Numbered from the stretch's first letter, positions 46,021-56,063 are shown. The stretch: 64,000 bases of DNA from Chloroflexota bacterium (GCA_963663275.1 OY760183.1:648211-712210); one strand, 5' to 3'. Numbers and translations: made by a program. Notes: a model not told the origin generated them from the letters alone.

Positions 46021-46797
46021 ATGATGAACGCACTTGAGGGGCGGCGGGCGTTGGTGACCGGCGCGGGGATTGGCATTGGGCAGGGCATTGCGCTCGAATT
46101 GGCGCGGCAGGGGGCGGCGGTGGCCGTGCACTACTATGCCGACAGCGTGGCCGGCGGGCAGGAGACCGTGGCGGCAATCGAGGCGAGCGGCGGCACGGCG
46201 CTGCCAATCGAGGCCGACCTGACGGACGTGGCGGCCTGCCGCCGGGCGGTGGACGAAGCGGCGGCCGGCTTGGGCGGCCTGGACGTGCTGATAAACAACG
46301 CCGGCGTGACCGTGGAGACGCCCTTTCAGGAGACCAGCGAAACGCACTACAACCTGATGTTCGACCTGAACGTGCGCGGCTACTTCTTCTGCGCGCAACA
46401 GGCGCTGCCCCACATGCTGGCGCGGGGCGGCGGCAGTATTGTCAATATCTCTTCCGTGCACGGCTACGGGGGGTATGCGTCCCACGTGGCGTACGCCGGC
46501 ACCAAAGGCGCGGTGAACGCTCTGACCCGCACGCTGGCAATCGAGCTTGCGCCGCAGCGCATTCGGGTCAATACGATTGGGCCGGGCCTCATCGAGGTGC
46601 CGCGCTACTTCGACAACCCGGCGTACACCACTGAGAAAGGCGCGCGCCAGGTGCCCTGGGGGCGTGTGGGGCGTCCGAAGGACATCGGACAGGTGGCGGC
46701 GTTCCTGGCCTCGGACGCCGCCGACTTCGTCACCGGACAGGTAATCTACGTGGACGGCGGCACCACGGCGGCCATGGCGCTGCAAGCGGCGGAGTAG
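46021..46797 (+). CDS. SDR family oxidoreductase
   Basis: [14 protein letters not shown] and YAGTKGA (YxxxK). ATG 46021 follows AGGAG. Confidence 0.88.
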   Translation: MMNALEGRRALVTGAGIGIGQGIALELARQGAAVAVHYYADSVAGGQETVAAIEASGGTALPIEADLTDVAACRRAVDEAAAGLGGLDVLINNAGVTVETPFQETSETHYNLMFDLNVRGYFFCAQQALPHMLARGGGSIVNISSVHGYGGYASHVAYAGTKGAVNALTRTLAIELAPQRIRVNTIGPGLIEVPRYFDNPAYTTEKGARQVPWGRVGRPKDIGQVAAFLASDAADFVTGQVIYVDGGTTAAMALQAAE

Positions 46798-46841
46798 CGG
46801 GGCGCCGCCCGCGCAATTGCCCTAGGCCGCGCCGCCGGCGG

Positions 46842-47855
46842 CTATTCGGAGTCCCCGGCAGCGCCTTCCTCTTCCAGGGAGAGCAACCGCAGTTCGTCCC
46901 CGATCAACTGATACCGGCGCACCACCTTTTGCGTGGGGCAGCACATCGCGTCTTCCGGCCCGTGGGCCACCATGCGCACCGTGATGACGCCTTCCGCGAT
47001 GGCGAGCGCCTCCAGTTGAATGCGGTCGCCCAGCGCGGCGGAGGCCGCGTGCAGCGGCGCGCCGCCGCGATTGACGACGGCGGCCAGGGAGTAGAACGTG
47101 CCGCTGCCGCCGCCGCTTGCCGCCAATACCGCCACAGCGTCGTCCACCCCGTCGCCGTCAAGGTCGCCAAAGGCGATCTGTTCGCTCAACGCCAGGTAGA
47201 TTGTGCTTGCGGAGTCCGGGTCGATCTTCTCTTCATAGGTACCGTCTTGCAGTTGCGCCTGCCCGGCTTTGGGGAACTCAGACCGGTAGGTGGCGTTGCG
47301 CAGCGCCGCGGCGGTTAGCTCCGCCGGCGCTTCAGCGGCCGGCGGAGCAATCGTCTCTTCGGAGAGCAACGTCAGTTCGTCGTCGATCAACTGATACCGG
47401 CGCACGACCCTCTGGGTGGGGCAGCACAGCGGGTCTTGCGGTCCATGCGCCACCATCTGCACGGTGATGACGCCCTCCGCGATGGTGAGCGTTTCCAGTT
47501 GAATGCGGTCGCCCAGCAGCAGGGCGGAGGAAACGTGCACCGCCGCGCCGCCTTGATTGATGACGGCGGCCAAGGAGTAGAACGTGCCGCTGCCGCCGCC
47601 GCTTACCGCAAACACCACCGCGGCATCGTCAATCCCATCGCCGTTCAGGTCGCCGTCCGCGGCGATCGTCTGTACCACGTCGTCTACGGACGTCCTTACG
47701 GCGCTGTCCACCGCTTCGAAGGTGAGCGTGGTTTCTCCCTCCGCCGTGGTCTCAGTGACCTGTACCGTCACCGTCGAACATCCACCCAACAGCGCCGCCA
47801 GCACGAGCAAAGCCACGGCTAACGCGCGGTAGCCGCCGAACAGACCACGATCCAT
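46842..47855 (-). CDS. lipoprotein with two tandem ~150-aa repeats (DxDGDGxDD, FG-GAP-like)
   Basis: Lipobox LLGGC. Duplicated module ...GGGSGTFYSLAAV.N.GGA..H...A.LGDRIQLE.L.IAEGVITV.MVAHGP.D..CCPTQ.VVRRYQLI.DEL.LL. ATG 47855 follows GGAGAGG. Confidence 0.65.
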   Translation of the reverse strand: MDRGLFGGYRALAVALLVLAALLGGCSTVTVQVTETTAEGETTLTFEAVDSAVRTSVDDVVQTIAADGDLNGDGIDDAAVVFAVSGGGSGTFYSLAAVINQGGAAVHVSSALLLGDRIQLETLTIAEGVITVQMVAHGPQDPLCCPTQRVVRRYQLIDDELTLLSEETIAPPAAEAPAELTAAALRNATYRSEFPKAGQAQLQDGTYEEKIDPDSASTIYLALSEQIAFGDLDGDGVDDAVAVLAASGGGSGTFYSLAAVVNRGGAPLHAASAALGDRIQLEALAIAEGVITVRMVAHGPEDAMCCPTQKVVRRYQLIGDELRLLSLEEEGAAGDSE

Positions 47856-48077
47856 GAGCGCCTCTCCGTGCTTCCTGATGCGTTTCGTGCTATGTACAGG
47901 CTTGCGGCCATGCGGCGCGCGCCCTCTTCCCTTTCCCAGCCGCCGCGCCGCTAGCGCCGCGAGCGCCGGCGAGGAGCCTTGCGCTGGTCTTGCCACACTA
48001 ATCATTGCATCCCGCGCGCTTGCCGTCTACAGGCGGGGGCGACTATTCTGCAACAGTGGCGTATCATTGGAGTTCCC

Positions 48078-48947
48078 ATGCCGTATTTTCGCGTCATCCT
48101 TGCGCTGTGCGCCTCCGTTGCCATCATCAGCAGCGCCTCGATTCTGATCAAGCTGGCGGACGCGCCGGTGCTCATCATTGCCGCTTACCGGCTGGGCATT
48201 GCCGCGCTTGTGCTGCTGCCGCTGGCGTTCACCTTGCGCCGGGAGCGCCTGCGGGCGTTGCGCGGCCGCGATTGGCTGGTGGCGGCGGTGGCGGGCAGCT
48301 TTCTGGGCCTGCACTTCATCGCCTGGATCGCCTCGCTGGAATATACGTCGGTCGCCAGTTCCGTCGTTCTCGTTACCATTAACCCGATTTTCGTGGGTCT
48401 CGGCATGGTGATCATCTTCCGGGAGCGGCTCCATCCGCTGCTGGTGTGGGGCATCGCGCTCTCGGTGACCGGCGGCATCCTGATCGGCTACAGCGACTTT
48501 CAGGTGGAAGGCCAGGCGCTCTTGGGCGACGCGCTGGCGCTGCTGGGCGCGGTCTTCCACTCCGCCTACCTGCTGCTGGGACAGCGCCTGCGCCAACGGC
48601 TCGACCTGCTGCCGTACATCACGGCGGTCTACGGCATGGCGGCGCTACTGGTGCTGGCCGCGGCGCTGGCGACGCAGCAGCCCTTCACCGGCTACGCGCC
48701 CGCCACGTACCTGGTGATGGTCCTCCTGGCGCTGGGACCGCAACTCCTCGGCCACACGGCCTACAACTGGACCCTGCGCTACGTCTCCGCCGCAGTGGTG
48801 GCGGTGGCCATCCTGGGCGAGCCGGTGGGCGCGAGCATCTTGGCCTATTTCATCCTGGATGAGCGCCTGACGCTGCTGCAAGTCGGCGGCGGGGCGCTGG
48901 TGCTGCTGGGCATCTACCTGGCCCTGCGCACGCAGAAGCGCGCGTAG
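48078..48947 (+). CDS. DMT superfamily (EamA-like) transporter
   Basis: About 10 hydrophobic segments in two EamA halves. ATG 48078. Confidence 0.8.
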   Translation: MPYFRVILALCASVAIISSASILIKLADAPVLIIAAYRLGIAALVLLPLAFTLRRERLRALRGRDWLVAAVAGSFLGLHFIAWIASLEYTSVASSVVLVTINPIFVGLGMVIIFRERLHPLLVWGIALSVTGGILIGYSDFQVEGQALLGDALALLGAVFHSAYLLLGQRLRQRLDLLPYITAVYGMAALLVLAAALATQQPFTGYAPATYLVMVLLALGPQLLGHTAYNWTLRYVSAAVVAVAILGEPVGASILAYFILDERLTLLQVGGGALVLLGIYLALRTQKRA

Positions 48948-49133
48948 CGTTTTGCGGCGGAAAGGTAAGTTGCTATCGAAGTGAAACGCGCTTGCGTCTG
49001 CCGCGCGCGTTGCCCAGAACCCTTAATCTGCCATGTATTCCTTACTCTCCGGGTGCTTGCTCTCTGTGCCTACTCTATAATGACGGCAGATACGACCCTC
49101 AAGTGTACGGTCCGTTGTCTCTAACGTCGCACT

Positions 49134-50546
49134 TTGAAAGAGTACGGTTCCATGAACTGCATCGTCATCTGCCTCGACACCTTTCGCGCCGATTGCATCC
49201 GGCATCTGGGCGCTCATACCATGCGGACGCCCACGCTGGACGCCATGGCGCGGGACGGGGTCTGGTTCGAGAACGCGTTTGCCGAGGCGCTGCCGACCGT
49301 GCCGGCGCGGCGTTCGCTCTTCACCGGCATCCGCGGCTTTCCCTGGCGCTGGACGATTGACACCACCGGTTCCTCGCCGGGCGCGCCGGGGATGCCGGGC
49401 TGGCACGGCGTGCCGCCGCACCAGCAGACCCTGGCCGAGCGCCTCTCCCGCGCGGGCTACGCCACGGGCCTGGTGGCCGATACCTACCACCTCTTCAAGC
49501 CCACCATGAACTTCACCCGCGGCTTCATGAACTGGGAGTTCTTTCGCGGGCAGGAGGCCGACCCCTATCGGCTGGGCACGGAGGAGGAACTCCACGCGGA
49601 ACGCTACACGCGCCAGCCGGACAACCTGCCGTTCGTGCTGCGCCAGTGGCTCTGGAACGTGAAAGACCGTACAACCGAAGAAGACTTCACCTTTGCCAAG
49701 TGCGTGCGCCGCGCCATCCGGTTCATCGAGGACAGCCGTGCGCACCATCCGTTCTTCCTCTGGATAGACTCGTTCGAGGCCCACGAGCCGTGGCACCCGC
49801 CGTTCGCATATGCGGACGCTTACATGGACGCGCCCTGGCAGGGCATCGAGCCGATCCATCCGCGCGGCGAGCCGCTGAGCGCGGCGGAAGAAGATCGGGT
49901 GCGGGCGCTCTACTACGGCTCGCTTACGTTCATCGACAAGTGGCTGGGCGTGCTGCTGGAGCATCTGGCCGATACCGGCCTGCTGGACGAGACGATCATC
50001 GTCTTCACCTCCGACCACGGCACGCAGATGAACGAGCACGGCGAGTTCGGCAAGAGCCAACGCCACATGAACGCCTACAATACCCGCGTGAACATGCTGG
50101 TGCGCCATCCCGACGGGCCGCGCGATACGGTGATTGCGCCCTTCGTGCAGCACATCGACGTGGCGCCGACGGTCTTGCACTGGCTCGGCGTGCCCCACGA
50201 CCGCCTGGACGGCGCGAACATGTGGCCGCTGGCTACCGGCAATCAGGAATCCCTGCGCGATTGGACGCTGACGGTCTGGGGCTACGAGGCCAGCGTCCGC
50301 GACCACACCTGGAACGCGGTGGTGAACATCCAGGAAGCCGAGCCGCAGTGGAAGCTCTACCGCATCGACGCCGACCGCGATAACTTCACCGACGTTGCCG
50401 CCCAACACCCGGACATCATCGCGCAACAACGCGCCCGGCTGGAAGGCTTCTTAGGCGAACCCCTGCCCGCCCGTCTCCCCGGCCAACATCCGGGCAGCCC
50501 CTATCCGATGATGGATTTCACCGCGGCACGCGCGCGCAAAGGGTGA
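49134..50546 (+). CDS. sulfatase-like hydrolase (alkaline-phosphatase superfamily) with Thr at the formylglycine position
   Basis: ICLDTFRAD, TVPARRSLFTG (where CxPxR is expected) and FTSDHG. Start is 49134 or 49152. Confidence 0.75.
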   Translation: MKEYGSMNCIVICLDTFRADCIRHLGAHTMRTPTLDAMARDGVWFENAFAEALPTVPARRSLFTGIRGFPWRWTIDTTGSSPGAPGMPGWHGVPPHQQTLAERLSRAGYATGLVADTYHLFKPTMNFTRGFMNWEFFRGQEADPYRLGTEEELHAERYTRQPDNLPFVLRQWLWNVKDRTTEEDFTFAKCVRRAIRFIEDSRAHHPFFLWIDSFEAHEPWHPPFAYADAYMDAPWQGIEPIHPRGEPLSAAEEDRVRALYYGSLTFIDKWLGVLLEHLADTGLLDETIIVFTSDHGTQMNEHGEFGKSQRHMNAYNTRVNMLVRHPDGPRDTVIAPFVQHIDVAPTVLHWLGVPHDRLDGANMWPLATGNQESLRDWTLTVWGYEASVRDHTWNAVVNIQEAEPQWKLYRIDADRDNFTDVAAQHPDIIAQQRARLEGFLGEPLPARLPGQHPGSPYPMMDFTAARARKG

Positions 50547-50616
50547 ATTCCGTATTCATACTGCCCCATCGGTTTGGTACACTGTCAGTGTAATGATGCC
50601 CAGCCAGGAGGATTCG

Positions 50617-50988
50617 ATGGCAAGCAACGGCAGAGATGAAGCAGTAGAAATGCACGTGCGTATCAGCCGGCGATTTATACTCCAAGCGCAAGCAGAGTTG
50701 AACGCAGGCGACAGGCTCCAGGCCTCGGAGAAAGCGTGGGGCGCGGCCGCGCACGCTGTAAAAGCAATTGCCGAGCAGAGAGGCTTGGAGCACAGAACTC
50801 ACGCCCGGCTTTTCATCGCAGTCGATCGCATTGCTGAAGATACCGAGCGTCCTGAATTAATCACGCTCTTCAGCCACGCGAGTGCCTTGCACCAGAACTT
50901 CTACGAGAACTGGCAAACGGACAAGTTTGTGCAAGACGGCATCAACCAGGTAAGGCTGCTAGTGGATAAACTGCAAGCGCTCTCATGA
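50617..50988 (+). CDS. PaREP1-like (HEPN-related) protein
   Basis: 123 aa. EKAWGAAAHAVKAIA and ALHQNFYENW are reminiscent of PaREP1. AGGAGG lies 6 nt upstream of ATG 50617. A/T-richer DNA. Confidence 0.5.
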   Translation: MASNGRDEAVEMHVRISRRFILQAQAELNAGDRLQASEKAWGAAAHAVKAIAEQRGLEHRTHARLFIAVDRIAEDTERPELITLFSHASALHQNFYENWQTDKFVQDGINQVRLLVDKLQALS

Positions 50989-50995
50989 TCCGGCA

Positions 50996-51014
50996 TTGAG
51001 ACCTCTGGTCTCAA
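50996..51014 (+). terminator. stem-loop TTGAGACC-TCT-GGTCTCAA after the PaREP1-like gene (no U tract)
   Basis: Perfect 8-bp stem 8 nt after the stop. Confidence 0.3.
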
Positions 51015-51095
51015 GCTACAGATTGCGCTCTTCTCTCTTGCTGACCTGCGCGAAGCTGACGCACTTTCACGGACACGACTGCGCTCAATGCGGAA

Positions 51096-51530
51096 CTACG
51101 CCAGCAGACGCCGCGTGCGCCAGGCGCGGTAGAAGAAGAGTACTGGTAGGCCCAGCACGAACAGCCGCCCGATGAGGCCCCACACGAGATGACGGCGGTA
51201 GGCGTACTCGATCTCGTCGCGCACCGTGGTGAGACCCTCGCCGCTCTCTATGAACGTATGCCGGTGGACCCAGTACGCGAACGGGCCGCTGAGCTGCCGG
51301 TCGGCAAAACCGGCGTCGCTCACGGCTTCGATGACGGCGTGCCAGCGGATGGGAAAGGGGCCGAGCCAGAGCGTGAACCGCATCTCGTCGCCGGACGAAA
51401 GCACCGCCGGACACTCCTGAATCCGCACGAGCATGGGCGGCGGCGTGATGGCCGGAAGGCTCCGCGCCTCGCGGTGGAACCGCGCCACCCGCGCGCGCGG
51501 CGCGGCGACCGTGAACTCGTGAGCGAACAC
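51096..51530 (-). CDS. SRPBCC family protein
   Basis: 144 aa. FADRQLSGPFAYWVHRHTF is typical of START/cyclase-like SRPBCC proteins. C-terminal hydrophobic tail. Confidence 0.6.
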   Translation of the reverse strand: MFAHEFTVAAPRARVARFHREARSLPAITPPPMLVRIQECPAVLSSGDEMRFTLWLGPFPIRWHAVIEAVSDAGFADRQLSGPFAYWVHRHTFIESGEGLTTVRDEIEYAYRRHLVWGLIGRLFVLGLPVLFFYRAWRTRRLLA

Positions 51531-51532
51531 CG

Positions 51533-52660
51533 TCAGCGGCCCGGCGCGAACGGCCGCAAAGCCGCCAGGTAGGCGGCCGCGTCCGCGCTATCGTTGTAGA
51601 GATGGATGGAGGCGCGCACGCGGCCGTCGCCGCCCCAAGTGTGCACGTTCTTCGCGATGAGGGCGTCGCGCACGACCACCGCATCTTCCACCGCGATGGC
51701 AATGTTCCCTGCCCGGCGCGCCCGCTCCGGCGGGGTCATCACGGTCCAGCCCTGGGCGTTTAGCCCGTCGATCAGTTCACCGCCCAGCGCCTCCACGTGC
51801 GCGCCGATGCGGTCGGTACCGAACTGCTGCAGGTAGCCCACGCCATTCTCCAGGGCGTAGATCGCCGCGTATGTGGGCATACCCAGTTCGAAACGCTCGG
51901 CGGTGGGTTTCCAGGTGATCTTCTCGAAGCGGTCGTCGCTCAGAAAGTCGCTCACGGAGAACCAGCCCACCGCGCCCGGCGCAAAGTCCGGCAAGCGCGC
52001 GCGGTTCCAGTAGAGCACGCCGCCGCCGTGGATGCCGAGCAGCCACTTGTACGTGCTCGCCACCGCAAAGTCGTATGCGCCCACGTCCACCGGCACGACA
52101 CCCAGCGATTGGGTCACGTCCGCCAGCAGCAACGCGCCGTGGGCGTGGGCGGCTGCCGCGATTGGCTCAAGATCGAGCCGCAAACCGGAGAGATAACTCA
52201 CGTGGCTCACCGCCACCAGGCGCGTGCGCCCGTCGATCTGCGCAATGACGTCGTCCGGCGTGAATTGCCAGTCCCGGCTGCGCGCCAGGCGCACCTCGAC
52301 GCCGTGCTCCTTCATCTGTATCCAGGGCAGCACCGTGCTGGGAAACTCCAGGTCGTTGGTGACGATGTTGTCGCCCGGTTTGAAGTCGATGCCGCTGGCG
52401 ATGAGGATGATCGCCTCCGACGCGCTGCCCACGACGGCTACGTCGTCCGCGGCGCAGCCCATGACCTGTGCCAACCGTTCCTTGCACCGTTTCTCCGTCT
52501 CGATGTGCGCCGCCCGCCCGGCCTCGGCGCGCGGGCGCTCGCGCAGATACCGTTCCAGCGCCTGCGCCTGCGACTTCAAGGGCGCCGATTCCGCGCCGGT
52601 GTAGAGATAGGCCGCGTCTGCCACGCCGATGAAGTCCTGCCGGGGCGCGAGCGATTGCAT
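51533..52660 (-). CDS. class V-fold PLP aminotransferase
   Basis: 375 aa with VSHVSYLSGLRLD and STYKWLLGIHGGG. Its stop is 2 nt from the next gene's start. Confidence 0.8.
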   Translation of the reverse strand: MQSLAPRQDFIGVADAAYLYTGAESAPLKSQAQALERYLRERPRAEAGRAAHIETEKRCKERLAQVMGCAADDVAVVGSASEAIILIASGIDFKPGDNIVTNDLEFPSTVLPWIQMKEHGVEVRLARSRDWQFTPDDVIAQIDGRTRLVAVSHVSYLSGLRLDLEPIAAAAHAHGALLLADVTQSLGVVPVDVGAYDFAVASTYKWLLGIHGGGVLYWNRARLPDFAPGAVGWFSVSDFLSDDRFEKITWKPTAERFELGMPTYAAIYALENGVGYLQQFGTDRIGAHVEALGGELIDGLNAQGWTVMTPPERARRAGNIAIAVEDAVVVRDALIAKNVHTWGGDGRVRASIHLYNDSADAAAYLAALRPFAPGR

Positions 52661-52742
52661 GTGTCATTGCCTTCCTGGAGTCCGGTACTGTGTGTTGCGC
52701 GCGGGTTATTGCGCCGGAGGCCGCTTGTTTTCGGTCTTTCCG

Positions 52743-53666
52743 TCAGCCGCCAAAGCGAAACGACGGCACGCCCCGGTACGGCGTCTCGATGGCAAAGAGG
52801 CCGCCGGCCAGCGGCTGCCGCGCAAGTTCTTCCGCGTCGAGTTCTTGCGCCGCCGAGGTAATGAAGAGCGTCTTCAGATCCGGGCCGCCGAACGCGCAGG
52901 CCGTCACCTGGGTAACGGGCAAAGGTATCTCTTCCAGCAACTCACCGGAACCGGGATTCCAGCGGCTCACGCGCGCGCCGCCGTAGTGGGCGACCCAGAG
53001 CATGCCCTCGCTGTCAATCGCCATACCGTCCGGCATCCCGGCTTCTTCCGGCACGTCGATTATGGCTCGCTCGTTGGCAATGTCGCCCGTCTCGTTGTCG
53101 TAGTCCCAGGCGCGCACGTTTTTGCGCAACGTATCGACGTAGTACATCGTGGTGTGGTCCAGGCTCCAGACGATGCCGTTGGAGATGGCCACGCCGCCGA
53201 ACATCTTGTGAACGCTCAGGTCGGTATCGAGGCGGTAGAGGCTGCCTGAATCCTTGGGGTTCTCGTAGGCCATCGTGCCGGCCCAGAAGCGGCCCGCCGG
53301 ATCGCACTTGCCGTCGTTGAAGCGGTTGCCGGTTACGTGCGCCTCCGGATTGGCAATGAGCGTCAATTCCTGGGTCTCCAGGTCGAAGGACGCGAAGCCC
53401 TCCCGCACCGCCAGCATCAGCCCGCCGGAAGCGCGGGTTACCACCGTGCCCACGTGCTGCCCCACGTCCAGCGTCCGGTTCTCGCCGCTGGCGGGATCGT
53501 AGATGAAGAGTCTGGAATTCAAGATGTCCACCCAGTAGAGCACCTGCTCTTCCTCGTCCCACAGCGGCCCTTCGCCCACCAGGGCGCGTTCATCCACTAA
53601 GAGTTCGACATTGCCATCCACGGTTTCGTCTCTCCCTTGTGTCCTCTTGGTATGCTCTGCCCGCAT
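52743..53666 (-). CDS. SMP-30/gluconolactonase/LRE family protein
   Basis: 307 aa with GEGPLWDEEEQVLYWVDI, NDGKCDPAGRFWAG and PDGMAIDSEGMLWVA. Confidence 0.88.
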   Translation of the reverse strand: MRAEHTKRTQGRDETVDGNVELLVDERALVGEGPLWDEEEQVLYWVDILNSRLFIYDPASGENRTLDVGQHVGTVVTRASGGLMLAVREGFASFDLETQELTLIANPEAHVTGNRFNDGKCDPAGRFWAGTMAYENPKDSGSLYRLDTDLSVHKMFGGVAISNGIVWSLDHTTMYYVDTLRKNVRAWDYDNETGDIANERAIIDVPEEAGMPDGMAIDSEGMLWVAHYGGARVSRWNPGSGELLEEIPLPVTQVTACAFGGPDLKTLFITSAAQELDAEELARQPLAGGLFAIETPYRGVPSFRFGG

Positions 53667-53752
53667 CCACCTTTGATAATAGACTCTTTACCATCGGTAT
53701 GGCGAACGCGGCCCCCGGCGTACTCATCGCATATCTCAATCCGCCCTTCCCC

Positions 53753-53780
53753 GTAGGGGCACGACATGTCGTGCCCCTAC
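53753..53780. repeat. REP-A palindrome abutting the MITE-1 left end
   Basis: Exact consensus. Same junction as at 30338/30339. Confidence 0.9.
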
Positions 53781-53922
53781 GGCGACCTTTGCATAGTTCC
53801 GTCATTCCGGCGAAAGCCGGAATCCAGGGTGCCTTGACAGCTAACGATAGCATGAAGTCAAACCATTTCACCCCCATCCCAACCTTCCCCCTCGATGGGG
53901 AAGGGGTTATGCAAAGGTCTCC
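53781..53922 (+). mobile_element. MITE-1 copy
   Basis: GGCGACCTTTGCATAG ... TTATGCAAAGGTCTCC. Confidence 0.7.
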
Positions 53923-54075
53923 TACGGGTGAAGGGCGGAGGCGCAGAACATGGCCGCGGTGTGGGCCGCCTGCGCGCCGTCTCTCCGGCAGAGGCCGCTT
54001 GTGTTTCACCCGCGCGGCTTCTATCATGGGGCGAAAGCAGCCGCCGGCGCGCATACACCCATTACGGAGGATCCG

Positions 54076-55056
54076 ATGCCAGGCCCGAACAAAGTCCGCA
54101 TTTGCATGATTGGCGCGGGCAGCCTCGCCAACGCCATGCACTACCCCTCGTTGTCCGAGATGGAAGACGTGGAGATTGCCGCCACGTGCGACCTGGACGC
54201 AGACCGCTTGCAGCAGACGGCGGCGCGCTTCAACATCGCCAAGACCTATGCCGACTACCGCGAGATGCTGGACGCCGAAAAGCCGGACGGCGTCTACTGC
54301 CTCATGCCGCCGCACCATCTTTACGACATCTCCATAAACGTCCTGCAGCGCGGCCACCACCTCTTCGTGGAGAAGCCGCCGGGACTCAACGCCTTTCAGA
54401 CCAGCAGCATGGCAAAGACCGCCGCCAAGTACGGCGCGCTCACCATGACGGCCTTCAACCGCCGCTTCATCCCGCTCATGCGCGAAGTACGCCGCCAAGT
54501 GGAAGCCCGGGGGCCGATCCTCCAGTTCCAATCGGTCTTTCTCAAGCACCAGTTCACCCCGCCCGGCGACCTGCCCTACTACGGCGGCGCCACCGACATC
54601 CTCAGTTGCGACGCGGTGCACGCGGTGGACGTCTGCCGCTGGCTGGGCGGCAGCGACGTGGCGGCCGTGGCCAGCGACGTGCGCGAGGCCTACGCCGATT
54701 ATCCCAACATCTTCAACGCCCTCATCCGCTTCGAGAACGGCTGCGCCGGCTTCCTGCAAGCCAACTGGGTTGCCGGCACGCGGCGGCACATCTTCGAGAT
54801 TCACGGCAAGGGCATCACGGCTTACATCGACCCGGACGAAACCGCCAGGGTCTATGCGGACGGCAATGGCGAACCCACGGTGCTGGACGTGAACACGGCT
54901 GCCGGCAACGACGCGCGCTACCACGCCTACGGCTTCTTTGGCGAAAACCGCCACTTCATCGACTGCATCAAGACCGGCCGCCAGCCGGACACGAACTTCG
55001 CCGACGCCACCAAGACTATGGAACTGGTGGACGCGATCTACCACTCAGTGCTGTAG
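54076..55056 (+). CDS. Gfo/Idh/MocA family oxidoreductase
   Basis: VRICMIGAGSLAN Rossmann motif. ATG 54076 lies 6 nt after GGAGG. The ORF track opens at 53950 inside repeats. Confidence 0.85.
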   Translation: MPGPNKVRICMIGAGSLANAMHYPSLSEMEDVEIAATCDLDADRLQQTAARFNIAKTYADYREMLDAEKPDGVYCLMPPHHLYDISINVLQRGHHLFVEKPPGLNAFQTSSMAKTAAKYGALTMTAFNRRFIPLMREVRRQVEARGPILQFQSVFLKHQFTPPGDLPYYGGATDILSCDAVHAVDVCRWLGGSDVAAVASDVREAYADYPNIFNALIRFENGCAGFLQANWVAGTRRHIFEIHGKGITAYIDPDETARVYADGNGEPTVLDVNTAAGNDARYHAYGFFGENRHFIDCIKTGRQPDTNFADATKTMELVDAIYHSVL

Positions 55057-55170
55057 AAAAGCGTTCCGCTCTACCGCGGGCGAGTTGCGTCGAACGGTGC
55101 GACAGGTTTGCCTTGCCGGACGGCGTACTGCGCGCAGCAGTCCAAGCGGAGTGAAAGAGGTAGAAGACGT

Positions 55171-55905
55171 ATGGGGTGGTCTCTTGTCAAGAGAATAGCG
55201 GTTCTGCTGGTCGCGGTGTGGCTGTTCGCCGGGTGCGGTTCCGGCAATGGCGACGGCGCAACCGCGGCGGCCTCGCCGGAAGCCGCCGCCAATGGAGAGT
55301 CCGCCACGCAAGGCGCCGCGCTCGAATTCAAGGCTGAGGTCTGGGCCGACAACTGGTTCGCCCTCTACGTCAACGGCGAACTGGTCGGCGAGGACTCGGT
55401 TCCTATCACTACCGAGCGGTCATTCAACGCCGAGACCATCGTCTTCACCGCCGCCTATCCCCTGACCATCGCCATCGAGGCCAAAGACTTCAAGGAGACC
55501 GATTCCGGGCTGGAATACATCGGCGAACGCAACCAGCAGATGGGCGACGGCGGCATCATCGCGCAAATCACCGACCTCAGCAGCGGCAAGGTGGTGGCCG
55601 TTACCCATAGCGGGTGGCGTGTGCTGGTGATTCACCGCGCTCCCCTGAACCCCGATTGCGAGAAAGCGTCAAACCCGGACACTGCCTGCCGCTTCGATAA
55701 GATGGAAGCGCCCCCTGATTGGGTAACCGCCGATTTCGACGACGGCCAGTGGGAATCCGCCACCGAGTGGTCGGAATCCGACGTGCGTCCCAAAGACGGC
55801 TACAACCGGATCCAATGGGACGATGCCGCCCGCCTGATCTGGGGCAGCGACCTGGAAGTGGACAACACCATCCTCCTGCGCCTCACCGTCCCGGCGCCCG
55901 CCTGA
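55171..55905 (+). CDS. hypothetical lipoprotein
   Basis: Signal plus lipobox VWLFAGC. No recognisable catalytic motif. ATG 55171 follows AAAGAGG. Confidence 0.6.
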   Translation: MGWSLVKRIAVLLVAVWLFAGCGSGNGDGATAAASPEAAANGESATQGAALEFKAEVWADNWFALYVNGELVGEDSVPITTERSFNAETIVFTAAYPLTIAIEAKDFKETDSGLEYIGERNQQMGDGGIIAQITDLSSGKVVAVTHSGWRVLVIHRAPLNPDCEKASNPDTACRFDKMEAPPDWVTADFDDGQWESATEWSESDVRPKDGYNRIQWDDAARLIWGSDLEVDNTILLRLTVPAPA

Positions 55906-55920
55906 GCATCCCGCTGCGGT

Positions 55921-56063
55921 AGGAGACTCTTGCAAAACTCCGTCATTCCGGCGAAAGCCGGAATCCAGAGCGCACTTACAACTAAAACTAGCATCACGTC
56001 AATGCTAGTCGCCCCCAACCCAGCCTTCCTCCTCAATGGGGAAGAGGTTCTGCAAAGGTCTTC
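55921..56063 (+). mobile_element. MITE-1 copy (diverged)
   Basis: (GT)AGGAGACTCTTGCAAAA ... TTCTGCAAAGGTCTTCC with the CATTCCGGCGAAAGCCGGAATCC hairpin. Confidence 0.65.

Noticed and set aside
44930-46024. 364-aa plus-strand ORF with LQLPLHHAGV repeats
   Set aside because: It is open only because of the 60-bp periodicity. The minus strand gives a DUF1640-like N-terminus, a coiled-coil heptad pattern and a C-terminal TM anchor.
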